Shown here one piece after another: positions 53,527-63,506 of a DNA stretch of 64,000 nt. A program made the position numbers and the translations under genes. This DNA is from Pseudomonadota bacterium (GTDB lineage Bacteria; Myxococcota; JACRCW01; JAFGSX01), in assembly GCA_043821645.1 (NCBI GenBank), contig JBDRCO010000134.1, positions 60,170-124,169 on the forward strand, in the 5' to 3' direction. The notes below the pieces were generated by a model, which saw only the letters and a program-made list of their open reading frames with translations, had not been told where the DNA came from and made no database searches. How positions within the stretch are numbered: position 1 is the stretch's first letter; every line of letters begins with the position of its first letter.

Positions 53527-54513
53527 TCAGCTCGCCTTGAACAGCACGTCCAGCCAGTGCTCGAACTCCGCAGCCCCGAGATCCGGCGCAAGGATGCGTG
53601 GCAGCGCCCAGCGCCGGACCGGCGCGCGAACGGCGCCCCCCACGCCCAGGCACGCCAGTTCGTAGCCCGCGGCGCGGGCCAGCCATGCCGTCATGCGCGA
53701 GATGTCCCTGGGGGCCCCGTAGGGGTAGGCCATGGACCGCGGGGGCCGATCCAGGATCGCGTGCAGGACGCTTCGACTGCTCGTCATCTCCTTGTGCTGG
53801 GCGCGTGCGGACAGTGCGGAGAGACGGACGTGGCCCTGGGTATGCGCGCCGATCTCGATACCTGGCGACCGGGCGAGGCTCTGCAGCTGCTCCGTCGTCA
53901 GAGGGCCCTGACCAGGTGGCGGCGCGGTAGGGACACCCGCCCAGTGGCAGATGGCATCGAGCAGGTCGCGGCGCTGCGCTGCCGGGGCCGCACCGAGGAT
54001 GGCGTGCAGGCGCCTGTAGGCCCGATGGCGCGGTGTGGGGTCACGCGCATCGTCGACGTTCCAGGCCCGGGCAGCCACCGGGATTTCTTGTTCCTGATCG
54101 CCACCGAACTCGAACGACTCGACCCGCTCTCCCTGGCGAAGCTCGAGCACCGCGGGCAGACGCCTGGGTTCGAACAAGCTGCGCTCGAGGACGTCCCACC
54201 AGAACAGCGCGGGATCTCCTATGGCTCCCGTCGTCACGAAGATCGTGGCGGGAATCGCGGCGGCCTGCAGCAGCGGCGCCCCGGCCAGCCAGGCGTCCGC
54301 ATAGCCATCATCCAGGGTCACCGCGACCCGGGGCGGGGTGCCGGGCGCGCTCGACGACAGCGCCAGGTCCTGGAGTGAGCACGGTGTCGCCCTCGAGCGC
54401 AGGACCTGAAGTTGCTGCGAAAAATGTTCGGGTGTCACGCGCAGGCGCTGGGGATCAAAGCCCGGGGCTGCGATGCGATGATATGCCAGGATAAACCCCA
54501 GGGCCCGCGACAT
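53527..54513 (-). CDS. Polysaccharide deacetylase (CE4/NodB)
   Basis: ILAYHRI, VTLDDGYAD, ATIFVTTG, IGAHTQGH, AYPYG. Confidence 0.9.
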   Translation of the reverse strand: MSRALGFILAYHRIAAPGFDPQRLRVTPEHFSQQLQVLRSRATPCSLQDLALSSSAPGTPPRVAVTLDDGYADAWLAGAPLLQAAAIPATIFVTTGAIGDPALFWWDVLERSLFEPRRLPAVLELRQGERVESFEFGGDQEQEIPVAARAWNVDDARDPTPRHRAYRRLHAILGAAPAAQRRDLLDAICHWAGVPTAPPPGQGPLTTEQLQSLARSPGIEIGAHTQGHVRLSALSARAQHKEMTSSRSVLHAILDRPPRSMAYPYGAPRDISRMTAWLARAAGYELACLGVGGAVRAPVRRWALPRILAPDLGAAEFEHWLDVLFKAS

Positions 54514-54523
54514 CGAGACTCCG

Positions 54524-55759
54524 TCAGCTCACGTCCCAGCGGTGATCGAGCACACCCACGACCCAGCTGCGCTCGGGGAGTCTGCCAGACCCGTCGACGT
54601 CCGTGGCCACGACGTCGAACTCGATGGCGTGCGCGACGTAGTCCAGGGTGGCCTCGCGCTGCCGCAGGCGCAAGTTGATGTAGCAGCGCCCCGGGGTCAG
54701 CCGCAGAGCTGCCGTGGTGCAGGTGAGTTGACCTCGCTGCGCCAGGCGGGCTGGGACCTGTTCGGAGGTTCCGCTGTCGAGGAGGAACAGCCCTGTCCCC
54801 GCGATGTCATACACCGAGGCCACGAAGACCAGGTCCTCCGCTGGTCCGTCGGTCTGCCAGTCCAGACGGAGCCGGATCCCGCTGGTCGGCCGGATCAAAC
54901 CATCCTCGTCCAGACTCTCGACGCTCACTGCGGTGAGCCTGGCACCTCCCTCACCCTGGCGATCGCGACGCAGCGCCAGGGATCCGGAGTCCGGGCGATC
55001 GATACCCTGAAGGTAGCGCGTGATCACCTCGGCGCTGCCTCCGCTGTCGACGAGCCTGCCCTGCTCGAGGCGAATGGCCCGGCTGCACAGGGCCTGCACG
55101 GCGGCCATGTTGTGACTGACGAACAGCACGGTGCGGCCCTGGCCTGCGATCTCACCCATGCGGCCGACGCAGCGGCGCTGGAAAGCCGCGTCTCCGACCG
55201 CAAGCACCTCGTCGACGAGCAGGATCTCGCACGCCAGATGTGCAGCCACCGAGAAGGCCAGGCGCATGTGCATGCCCGACGAGTAATGCTTGATGGGGGT
55301 GTCGAGAAAGCTCTCGACCCCGGCGAAGGCTACGATCTCGTCGAAGCTGCGCAGGATCTCGGCACGGCGCATCCCCAGGATGGCTCCGCTCAGGAAGACG
55401 TTTTCGCGCCCGGACAGCTCCATGTGAAAGCCGGTGCCAACCTCGAGCAGGCTGCCCACGCGGCCCTCGAGATCCGCGTGACCGGTGGTCGGCTCGGTGA
55501 TGCCTGCCAGAAGCTTGAGCAGGGTCGATTTACCGGCGCCATTGCTGCCGATGATGCCCAGGATCTCGCCCTGCTCCACCTGCAGATCCAGACCCTGCAA
55601 GGCCCACAGCCAGGGATCCGGGGTGCTCGGCTCGGCCCCGCGTCCGACCAGCGCCTGCACACCCTTGACCAGATCGTCCCGCAGCGTGCGGTACAGCACC
55701 CGGTGGCCGCGGCGGTAGCGCTTGCCAAGCTGGACGGTCTCGATGGCCGCGGTAGGCAT
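54524..55759 (-). CDS. wzt: Polysaccharide ABC transporter ATP-binding subunit with C-terminal carbohydrate-binding domain
   Basis: GSNGAGKST, GTGFHMELSGREN, YSSGMHMRLAFS, LLVDEVLAVGDAAF, VSHN; Wzt_C-like tail. Confidence 0.93.
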   Translation of the reverse strand: MPTAAIETVQLGKRYRRGHRVLYRTLRDDLVKGVQALVGRGAEPSTPDPWLWALQGLDLQVEQGEILGIIGSNGAGKSTLLKLLAGITEPTTGHADLEGRVGSLLEVGTGFHMELSGRENVFLSGAILGMRRAEILRSFDEIVAFAGVESFLDTPIKHYSSGMHMRLAFSVAAHLACEILLVDEVLAVGDAAFQRRCVGRMGEIAGQGRTVLFVSHNMAAVQALCSRAIRLEQGRLVDSGGSAEVITRYLQGIDRPDSGSLALRRDRQGEGGARLTAVSVESLDEDGLIRPTSGIRLRLDWQTDGPAEDLVFVASVYDIAGTGLFLLDSGTSEQVPARLAQRGQLTCTTAALRLTPGRCYINLRLRQREATLDYVAHAIEFDVVATDVDGSGRLPERSWVVGVLDHRWDVS

Positions 55760-55762
55760 GAC

Positions 55763-56608
55763 TCAGACCACGTCGGCCAGGGTCCGATCGACCCGCCGGA
55801 AGAAGATCACGCCCCCGGTCAGGAGCAGAGCAGAGACCAGGACCGAGAGTGCCAGCATCTGGCCGGGAGCCGTCGAGTGGCCGAGCAGGGCCCAGCGAAA
55901 GCCCTCGACCACGCCGGCCATCGGGTTGAGACCATACAGCGGTCTCCAGGCCTCGGGGACCAGCGAGCTGGGATAGGCCACCGGGGTTGCCAGCAACCAG
56001 AATTGCGCCAGGAAGGGGATGGTGTAGCGGACGTCGCGGTACAGGGCATTGAGCGCGGTGAGCCACAGCCCCGCACCCAGCGCCGACAACAGGGTCAGCG
56101 CGGTCAATGGGATCAGGGCCAGGGCGCGCAGTCCCGGAAGCACGCCGTAGAACGTGAGCAGCAGGCCAAGCAGGGCGAGGGCGACCAGGAAATCGACCAG
56201 GCCAGCACCCACCGAGGCCAGCGGAACAAGGATGCGCGGAAAGGCAACCTTGGTGATCATGTGCGCGCTGTCGACGAGGCTATTGCTCGACTGTGTCAGC
56301 GCGAAGGAGAACAGCTGCCAGGGCACGAGGGCACACAGCACGAAGAGCGGATAGGGCATCCCATCCGACGGCACGCGGGCCAGGCGGCCGAAGAAGATGG
56401 CGAACACCGCCAGGGTCAGGGCGGGTTGCAGCACCGCCCAGGTCACTCCGAGCAGTGTCTGCTGGTAGCGCACCTTGACGTCCCGGGCGGCCAGGATGAG
56501 CAGGAGGTCGCGACGCTGCCACAGCTCGCGGAGATCGAGCGCAGCGAGTCCCCTGCGTGCCTGCCGTCGAATGCGCATCTCGTCTTCCCGGGCCTCGACC
56601 GTGGCCAT
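55763..56608 (-). CDS. wzm: Polysaccharide ABC transporter permease
   Basis: RDVKVRYQQTLLGVTWAVLQP, TKVAFPR, YRDVRY, LNPMAGVVEGFR. Confidence 0.93.
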   Translation of the reverse strand: MATVEAREDEMRIRRQARRGLAALDLRELWQRRDLLLILAARDVKVRYQQTLLGVTWAVLQPALTLAVFAIFFGRLARVPSDGMPYPLFVLCALVPWQLFSFALTQSSNSLVDSAHMITKVAFPRILVPLASVGAGLVDFLVALALLGLLLTFYGVLPGLRALALIPLTALTLLSALGAGLWLTALNALYRDVRYTIPFLAQFWLLATPVAYPSSLVPEAWRPLYGLNPMAGVVEGFRWALLGHSTAPGQMLALSVLVSALLLTGGVIFFRRVDRTLADVV

Positions 56609-56676
56609 CGGGTGCTATCATAGCAGCACCGCAAACACGACGAGCCCTGTCGTCGCTTCCACAGGCCAGGTGGCTG

Positions 56677-57642
56677 GTGATCTCCTCAGGTCGTAACCCC
56701 GGATCGAACACCCAGGACGAGCGTGAGCGGATCTCGGTGATCGTTCCGTCGCTGGATGGCGGGAGTTTCCTCGATGCCTGTCTGCGCTCGATTCTCGACC
56801 AGGGCGTGCGGAACGTCGAGATCATCGTGATCGACGGCGGGTCGCAGGACTCCAGCCTGGCGATCCTCGACAAATACCGCGACCGGCTGGCCTGGTGCAG
56901 CAGTGAGCCTGACGAGGGGCCTGCCCACGCGGTCCGCAAGGGCCTGGCACGCGCCACGGGCGAGATCGTGTCGGTGCTCAACACCGACGATCTGTACCTA
57001 CCAGGCGCCCTGGAGGCTGCCCGGCAGGCGTTCTCCCGGGGAGCGGAGTGGCTGGTGGGTCAGGTCGACTTTGTCGACGACAGGGGCGCTCGCTGGCCAG
57101 TGCCCCAGGATCCCGCAGCGCGCTGGACTGAGTGGTTGCTCACCATTCCTGTGTGCCAGCCCGGAAGCCTGTGGCGGCGCTCGCTGCTCGAGCGCCTGCA
57201 GCCTCCGGATGCGCGCATCCGCCACCTCTGGGACTATGACCTGGCCTTGCAGCTGTTCCTGGATCAGGGCATCCGCCCCTTCGTGCTGGATCGGGTTCTG
57301 GCGTGCTACCGATTGCACCCTGGTAGCCTCACGGTGGGTGCGCGCCAGCAGTTGCAGAGGAAGCCAGGTTACTGCGGAGGCTGCGCCGTGACCGACTCGA
57401 CCTGCACCGGCGTGCACGGCTGCACCTGGCTTGGTGGCAACGCTGGCAGCGCATTCAGACGGGCCGAGCGCTGCGCTCCGGGCCCCTGCTGCCGAGACTG
57501 GGGTACGGCCTGCGGGCCTTGCCTGGTCTCGCCGGGGATGCTGCTCGACAGCGAGGCCTGGCGCGCTGCGCAGAATTTCCAGACCCGGCGCACGTCGTGG
57601 CCCGAGGCGGACAGTGTGTTTGATGTGATCGACCCGTGGTGA
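56677..57642 (+). CDS. Glycosyltransferase family 2 (WcaE-like); contains an apparent pair of compensating frameshifts
   Basis: ISVIVPSLD, IDGGSQD, SEPDEG, LNTDDLY, DYDL; start uncertain (GTG 56677). Confidence 0.85.
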   Translation: MISSGRNPGSNTQDERERISVIVPSLDGGSFLDACLRSILDQGVRNVEIIVIDGGSQDSSLAILDKYRDRLAWCSSEPDEGPAHAVRKGLARATGEIVSVLNTDDLYLPGALEAARQAFSRGAEWLVGQVDFVDDRGARWPVPQDPAARWTEWLLTIPVCQPGSLWRRSLLERLQPPDARIRHLWDYDLALQLFLDQGIRPFVLDRVLACYRLHPGSLTVGARQQLQRKPGYCGGCAVTDSTCTGVHGCTWLGGNAGSAFRRAERCAPGPCCRDWGTACGPCLVSPGMLLDSEAWRAAQNFQTRRTSWPEADSVFDVIDPW

Positions 57643-57704
57643 GGCGCGGCTGACGTCGGCGCGGCGGTGGACCGTCTGGTCACCCTCGAATACACTGGGA
57701 GACC

Positions 57705-58757
57705 GTGACGCATCCATTTTGCGAGCCAGCGACATCGTCTGCAGCCGGGGACCTGCCACATCTGTCCGTCATCGTGCCGGTGCACGCTGGTGGTCAAAAT
57801 CTGGACCTGTGCCTGCGGCACCTGAACCGTTGCGACCCGGCCCCCGACGAGGTGATCGTGGTGCTCGACGGAGGTCGGGACGACGATCGTCGCATCGCCG
57901 AGGCCCACGGGGCGGTGGTGGTCGAGCAGCGTCCTCGACGAGGCCCCGCGGCGGCACGCAATCTCGGGGCGGGGCATGCGCATGGCCGAGTGCTGTTTTT
58001 TGTCGACGCGGACGTGGCCTTGCACCCGGACGCCATCGGTCGGGTCCTGGCTCGTTTCAAAAGCCCAGGGGAGGTGGCGGCGGTCTTCGGCTCCTACGAT
58101 GACCAGCCCACGGCTCGCAACTTCCTGTCCCAGTACCGCAACCTGCTGCACCACTACGTGCACCAGCACTCGCAGCCCGTGTCCGCGAGCTTCTGGGCGG
58201 CCTGTGGTGCGATCCAACGTGAGGTCTTTCTTGACCTCGGTGGCTTTGACGAGCGCTACACACGACCGTCGATCGAGGACATCGAGCTGGGAGACAGACT
58301 TCATGGGGCAGAGCTTTCCGTGCTGCTGGATCCCGTGTTGCTGTGCACGCACCTCAAGCGCTGGACCGTGCGGAGCCTTTTGCACACGGATCTCTTCGAT
58401 CGGGCCGTGCCTTGGACGCGGCTGATGCTCGAACGTGGCTGGGCAGCTGAGGACCTGGCTCTGGCGCGGCGGCAGAAGCTGGCCTTGATCACGACCTGCT
58501 TGGGTACCCTGGGCCTGGTGCTGACGCCGCTGGCTCCAGGTCTTGCGGGGACAGGGCCGCTGTTCCTGGGCTGCAACTTGTGGGTGCAGCGAGACCTGCT
58601 GCGCTTTTTCTCACGTCAACGAGGTGCCGCCTTCGCGGTGGCCTGTGTCCCCTGGCTGTGGCTGTATGATCTCTACAGTGCGTTGGGTCTCGGGCTCGGA
58701 TTCGGGCTGCATGTCGTACAGCGTGGGTCGCACAGGCCCCTGGAGCAGAGGACGTGA
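57705..58757 (+). CDS. Glycosyltransferase family 2 with C-terminal TM segments
   Basis: LSVIVPVH, GPAAARNLG, FFVDADV, GGFDERY...IEDIELG. Confidence 0.9.
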   Translation: MTHPFCEPATSSAAGDLPHLSVIVPVHAGGQNLDLCLRHLNRCDPAPDEVIVVLDGGRDDDRRIAEAHGAVVVEQRPRRGPAAARNLGAGHAHGRVLFFVDADVALHPDAIGRVLARFKSPGEVAAVFGSYDDQPTARNFLSQYRNLLHHYVHQHSQPVSASFWAACGAIQREVFLDLGGFDERYTRPSIEDIELGDRLHGAELSVLLDPVLLCTHLKRWTVRSLLHTDLFDRAVPWTRLMLERGWAAEDLALARRQKLALITTCLGTLGLVLTPLAPGLAGTGPLFLGCNLWVQRDLLRFFSRQRGAAFAVACVPWLWLYDLYSALGLGLGFGLHVVQRGSHRPLEQRT

Positions 58758-60511
58758 CCACGCCTGCGACGCCCTGTGATCTGCTGGTCGTGGGAGGGGG
58801 ACCGGCGGGTCTAGCCGCCGCCCTGGCCGCAGCACCTGCACATCGTGTGCTGCTTGCCGAGAGCGGTTCTCAGCTTGGAGGCCTCGCCCGCACCCTCGAA
58901 TACGATGGGAATCTGCTCGACGTCGGCGGGCATCGATTCCTGACGGAAGATCCCCAGGTCCAGGCCTTGTGGCGCGATCTTCTGGGTGACGAGCTGAGGG
59001 AAGTACCCAGACAGTCCCGGATCCTCTATCAAGGGCGCACCTTCGAGTACCCGCTGCAGGTTTTCGATGCCCTGAGCAAGCTCGGTCCCATCCAGAGCCT
59101 GCGCGTTGTGGCAAGCTACCTGCGCAGCTTGTTGCGCCCGGTCCGGGGTGGCCACGATCTCGAGAGCTGGCTGGTCGCACGCTTTGGCTGGCAGCTCTAC
59201 CGCATCTTCTTCAAGTCGTACTCGGAGAAGCTGTGGGGGAGGCCCTGCTCAAAGATCCATGCCTCCTGGGCAAGCCAGCGCATCCGCGGCCTCTCCCTGG
59301 CGCGGGCCGCTTACGCGGCGCTCACCCGGCGCAGCGACGAGCGAACCCTGGCCGATCGTTTTCTGTACCCGTCCCGGGGACCCGGTCAGATGTGGCAAGC
59401 CATGGCGGACCGAATCGAGGCGGCTGGCGGCGAGATCTGGCTCGACGCAGAGGTGACAGAGTTCCAGCACAACGGTTCGCGCATCACGGAGGTCGCGGTG
59501 CTGCGACGAGGCGAGCGCCTCCGTCTCCAGCCCCGACAGGTCATCGCCACCGCTCCCCTGACCTCGCTCCTGCACAGGGTGCGACCTGCCCCACCCGACG
59601 AGGTGCAGGCCGCAGCATCCATGCTCGCGCACCGCGCATTTGTCGTCGTGCACCTGATCGTGGCGGTGCGAGATCTGTTCCGGGACCAGTGGCTGTACGT
59701 GCACTCCCCGCAGGTGCAGGTCGGGCGCATCCAGAACATAGGCAACTGGAGCCCTGACATGGTGCGGGAGGCCGGAACCAGCGTCCTGGGCTTCGAGTAC
59801 TTTTGTGACGTCGACGATCCGCTGTGGTCACGCACCGACGCCTCGATGGTCCAGCTTGCTGTCGACGAGGGCGTGCAGCTTGGTCTGCTCCGACCCGAGA
59901 CAGTGCTGTCTGGCCATGTGGTTCGCGAGCCCCATGCCTACCCCGTGTATCCCCTCGACCTGGAGGCCCGGCTCCGCAGGGTGCGCGACTACCTGGGTCA
60001 GCTGAAGAACCTGCGAGTGGCAGGCCGGAGTGCCCAGCACCGCTATGGCAACATGGACGAGGCCATGATCGCCGGTCAGCAGGCTGCGCGCAGCATCGAC
60101 GATCCCACCTTGGCAACCTGGCCTGAGGAAATGCCCGCGAGCCTCGTCGACGCCCTCCCGGCCCAGGCGCGTGCCGTGCTGGTGCGCACCTTTGCCCGGC
60201 TCGACGAGTTCTCCTTTGCCCTGGCCAGCGGCGCGGTGCTCGGGCTCCTGCTGCTGGCGATGACACTGACTCTCGTCGTCAAGGGCGGAGAGCGGGTCGG
60301 CCCGACGCTGTCATTGCTGGTGCACTACCTGCCAGGATACTCGGTGACCTACCAGGGAGCGGTCACAGCCCTGGGGCTGGGCCTGCTGTGGGGTTTCCTG
60401 TTCGGCTGGCTGTTCGCCACCGTGCGCAACCTGCTGCTGGCGGCGCATGTGTTCGGTGCCTTGAGAAAGGCGCGGGGATGGACCCTGCGCCATTTCCTGG
60501 ATCAGCTATGA
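58754..60511 (+). CDS. FAD-dependent oxidoreductase (UDP-galactopyranose mutase/HemY-like, glycan-locus type) with C-terminal membrane domain
   Basis: VVGGGPAGL Rossmann motif, DVGGHRF, YSEKLWG, WASQRI, FLYPSRGPGQMW, AYPVY, GR...RYGNMD; GTGA coupling. Confidence 0.85.
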   Translation: MTTPATPCDLLVVGGGPAGLAAALAAAPAHRVLLAESGSQLGGLARTLEYDGNLLDVGGHRFLTEDPQVQALWRDLLGDELREVPRQSRILYQGRTFEYPLQVFDALSKLGPIQSLRVVASYLRSLLRPVRGGHDLESWLVARFGWQLYRIFFKSYSEKLWGRPCSKIHASWASQRIRGLSLARAAYAALTRRSDERTLADRFLYPSRGPGQMWQAMADRIEAAGGEIWLDAEVTEFQHNGSRITEVAVLRRGERLRLQPRQVIATAPLTSLLHRVRPAPPDEVQAAASMLAHRAFVVVHLIVAVRDLFRDQWLYVHSPQVQVGRIQNIGNWSPDMVREAGTSVLGFEYFCDVDDPLWSRTDASMVQLAVDEGVQLGLLRPETVLSGHVVREPHAYPVYPLDLEARLRRVRDYLGQLKNLRVAGRSAQHRYGNMDEAMIAGQQAARSIDDPTLATWPEEMPASLVDALPAQARAVLVRTFARLDEFSFALASGAVLGLLLLAMTLTLVVKGGERVGPTLSLLVHYLPGYSVTYQGAVTALGLGLLWGFLFGWLFATVRNLLLAAHVFGALRKARGWTLRHFLDQL

Positions 60512-60524
60512 CGGAGCCCGCGCC

Positions 60525-60869
60525 ATGAGCTTGCCCACCCCGCTTCCCGACGAGGATGCGCAGCTTCTGCGCGGGATTGCCGTGCTCAATGCCCGCGCCA
60601 TCGGGGTGGCCCTGGGTACCGTGTGCGGCCTGGGGATGCTGGTGGCGACCCTCTGGCTCGTCGTCAAGGGAGGTGATCCCGTGGGGCCGCACCTGGCCCT
60701 TTTGTCGCAGTTCTTCATCGGCTACCACGTCAGCCTCGGCGGCAGTGTGGTGGGCGCGCTGTACGGCTTCGCTGTGGGCTCCATCGCCGGGACTCTGCTG
60801 GGCTGGGTTTACAATGCTCTCTCGCTCTGGCGTGGAAGACGCAAGCGTGCGGCGAGCCGCAGGCCCTGA
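60525..60869 (+). CDS. Small two-TM membrane protein, paralogue of the C-terminal domain of the upstream oxidoreductase
   Basis: TLWLVVKGGDPVGPHLALLSQFFIGYHVS versus TLTLVVKGGERVGPTLSLLVHYLPGYSVT; GGAG upstream. Confidence 0.8.
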   Translation: MSLPTPLPDEDAQLLRGIAVLNARAIGVALGTVCGLGMLVATLWLVVKGGDPVGPHLALLSQFFIGYHVSLGGSVVGALYGFAVGSIAGTLLGWVYNALSLWRGRRKRAASRRP

Positions 60870-61050
60870 TGCCGGACCTCAAAGCTTCCCGCCCCGGTGG
60901 ATGTGTGCGCCGGGCACCTGATCCGGCATGCGCCCTCGAGTCTCATGAACGTTCTTGCGAGGCGCCAGGGTATCCCTGGGAGGTCGGGAGGGCACGTGCT
61001 GCAGTGCCGGGAGGCACGCGTTGAGCGCAAGGCGCGGTCACTCCTCCACG

Positions 61051-62841
61051 ATGGATAGCGTGGGCCTGCCCATCCCGTTGTGGGCAGTCGCGGCAGTGCT
61101 GGTCGCGCTGGTCTGTCTGGTCTTCGGGCCGGCCATCGGGCACGGCTTCACCGTCTATGACGACAGGGCGTACCTGATAGACAACGCGGTGGTCTCGAAG
61201 GGGCTCACCTGGGAGGGGATTCGCTGGGCCTTCACCACACGCTACCACTCGCACTGGCACCCGCTGACCTGGCTCAGTCACATGCTCGATGTCGAGCTCT
61301 TTGGCCTGTCTCCTGGGCCACACCACGCTGTGAACCTGGCCTTGCATGTGGTGAACAGCGTGCTGGTCCTGCTGTTCTTTCTGCGTACGGGCGCCGGTGG
61401 TGCACGCAGTGCGCTGGTGGCAGCCCTGTTTGCCCTGCATCCCATGCGCGTCGAGGCTGTTGTCTGGGTGGCGGATCGAAAGGACGTTCTCAGCAGTCTG
61501 TTCGCTCTTCTCGCCCTGCTGGCATATGTGTGGCACGCCCGGCAGCCGTCCTGGAAGCGCCTGGCCGTGGTGGCTGTCTGCACCTGGCTCGGTGTGCTCG
61601 CCAAGATCAGCCTCGTGATGCTGCCCATGATCTTTCTCATCGTGGATCTGTGGCCCCTCGGGCGCTTCTCGCGACAGGACGCCGGGGACGGTCACCCTGT
61701 GTGGCGTCGGCTCATCGCCGAGAAGGCGCTGCTGGCGTTCCCCATGCTTCCTGCGGCGGGCCTGGCCTTGTTCGCCAACATCAAGGGTGACCTCGGTACC
61801 CTGGGGCACATCGATTTCGCGCATGCCACGATCGGACTCGCGCTGGACAACCTGTGCTTCTATCTGCGCGGTGCGGTCTGGCCTGTCCACCTCGCCACGC
61901 CCTATCCGCAGCCGCGGGGCGTCTCGGCGGGCACCACGGCGCTGGCGATACTCTGCCTGTTGACGATCTCGAGCCTGGTCCTGTGGTCGCGTCAGCGTGC
62001 CGTGCAAGCGGGCTGGCTCTGGTTCCTGGCCTGGATCGCGCCTGTGCTCACCCTGTTCGACATCGGCTCCCAGCTCCGGGCGGACCGCTATACCTACCTG
62101 GCTCATGTGGGGCTGATCGTCATGGTCGTGTGGGGGCTCCCGGCGCTGCTGCCTCGAACCGTGCTGTGGACCCGCATGCTGAAGGGGACGGCGCTCGCAG
62201 CGGTGGTCATGCTCGCCGTGGCCTGCCGGTACCAGGTGTCGTTCTGGCGCGACGATGTGACCTTGTTCGGCCATGCCGTCGCGGTCACGCAGAACAATTA
62301 CAAGGCTTACCTGAACCTTGCCTTCGTACTTGGAGAACGCGGCGAGCTCCGGGCGGCTGTTGCCGCGTATGATGAGGTCCTTCGTATCAAGGACGGGGAC
62401 GGACTTGCCCTGACCAATAGAGCCAAGCTGTACATCGCTCACGGGATGCTCGAGCACGCGCGCGACGATGTGCTCGTCGCCGTGAAGGGACATCCTCTAG
62501 ATTCCAGCATGCGCAACCTGCTGGCCGGCGTGTTGACCGACCTTGGCGACGTGGAGGGTGCCCGGAAGGCCTACCTGGTGGCGACGGGACTCGCCCCGGA
62601 CAACCCAGACTATCACTACAACTACGCGACGCTGCTGGCAGCGAGTGGCGATCTCCCCGAGGCACAGAGCCAGCTCGAGGCAGCCCTTTTGCTGGATCCA
62701 GACCATGTGCTGGCGCGCAGGAGCCTCGAGGCGGTCAAGGTCCTCCGGGCACGACAACGGGAGTCGACCCCCGGGTCCGCGTCGGATGATCCGCCGGCCG
62801 GGCAAGGTCAGAGAGAGATAGACGTCTCCCCCCCGCGCTGA
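61051..62841 (+). CDS. TMTC-like GT-C membrane glycosyltransferase with C-terminal TPR repeats
   Basis: FTVYDDRAYL, WHPLTWLSHMLD, HHAVNLALH, LFALHPMRVEAVVWVADRKDVL, ADRYTYL, WRDDVTLF, then TPRs. Confidence 0.85.
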   Translation: MDSVGLPIPLWAVAAVLVALVCLVFGPAIGHGFTVYDDRAYLIDNAVVSKGLTWEGIRWAFTTRYHSHWHPLTWLSHMLDVELFGLSPGPHHAVNLALHVVNSVLVLLFFLRTGAGGARSALVAALFALHPMRVEAVVWVADRKDVLSSLFALLALLAYVWHARQPSWKRLAVVAVCTWLGVLAKISLVMLPMIFLIVDLWPLGRFSRQDAGDGHPVWRRLIAEKALLAFPMLPAAGLALFANIKGDLGTLGHIDFAHATIGLALDNLCFYLRGAVWPVHLATPYPQPRGVSAGTTALAILCLLTISSLVLWSRQRAVQAGWLWFLAWIAPVLTLFDIGSQLRADRYTYLAHVGLIVMVVWGLPALLPRTVLWTRMLKGTALAAVVMLAVACRYQVSFWRDDVTLFGHAVAVTQNNYKAYLNLAFVLGERGELRAAVAAYDEVLRIKDGDGLALTNRAKLYIAHGMLEHARDDVLVAVKGHPLDSSMRNLLAGVLTDLGDVEGARKAYLVATGLAPDNPDYHYNYATLLAASGDLPEAQSQLEAALLLDPDHVLARRSLEAVKVLRARQRESTPGSASDDPPAGQGQREIDVSPPR

Positions 62842-62849
62842 CGTCGAGG

Positions 62850-63506
62850 ATGGGGCACGATCTCATGGAGGAACGAGGCGCCATGTCGTTTTCCCTGCGT
62901 GGTGCGCTCAGGACGGTGGAGCGGGTCGCCACAGGTCGTCACGGCAATCTCGTGTTCTCGAGGACAGACCTTGTGTACCACCTGGAGGACTGGCTGGCGT
63001 CCACCCGCGGCAAGCTGCTCATCACTGGCTACACGGGTTCTGGGAAGACCCTTCTCGCTCACCAGCTGGCGGCACGGTGTGGCGTCCGCGTCCTGTGCCT
63101 CGATGTCACGGACTCGGAGGCGGAGGAACTTGCACTGGCACGACGGCACGGACCCCAGGTCTTTCGACAGCTCTACACGCGCCTCGCCAGCCGTCGCCTT
63201 CGATCAGCGCTGCAGCAAGCGGACAAGCTCGTCATCGAGGGAGCTTCGATCGTGCTCCATGATGAGCCCGACACGCTCAGGGCGCACGCCATCCTGATGC
63301 CCGGGCTCTCGGCGCTCAGGTCCTTCGCACGGGCCTACGAACGAAATCGCTTCATCGACGGTTCCTCGGCGAGGGCCTCGCTCATCGAGGTGCTCGACAA
63401 TGCCCTGCTGCCTGAGGTCGGGGCCATGATGGACAGGGTGAGACGCTGGCAACGCCAAGCCGGGGTGGGGGCGACCTTTCGGCGCGATCCGGGGAGAGAG
63501 GCATGA
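62850..63506 (+). CDS. P-loop NTPase / NMP-kinase-like protein
   Basis: LLITGYTGSGKTLLAHQLA Walker A, VLCLD, LVIEG. Confidence 0.65.
   Translation: MGHDLMEERGAMSFSLRGALRTVERVATGRHGNLVFSRTDLVYHLEDWLASTRGKLLITGYTGSGKTLLAHQLAARCGVRVLCLDVTDSEAEELALARRHGPQVFRQLYTRLASRRLRSALQQADKLVIEGASIVLHDEPDTLRAHAILMPGLSALRSFARAYERNRFIDGSSARASLIEVLDNALLPEVGAMMDRVRRWQRQAGVGATFRRDPGREA

Noticed and set aside
57352-57523. Metallothionein- or RiPP-like Cys-rich domain in the GT2
   Set aside because: Better explained as out-of-frame translation between two compensating indels.
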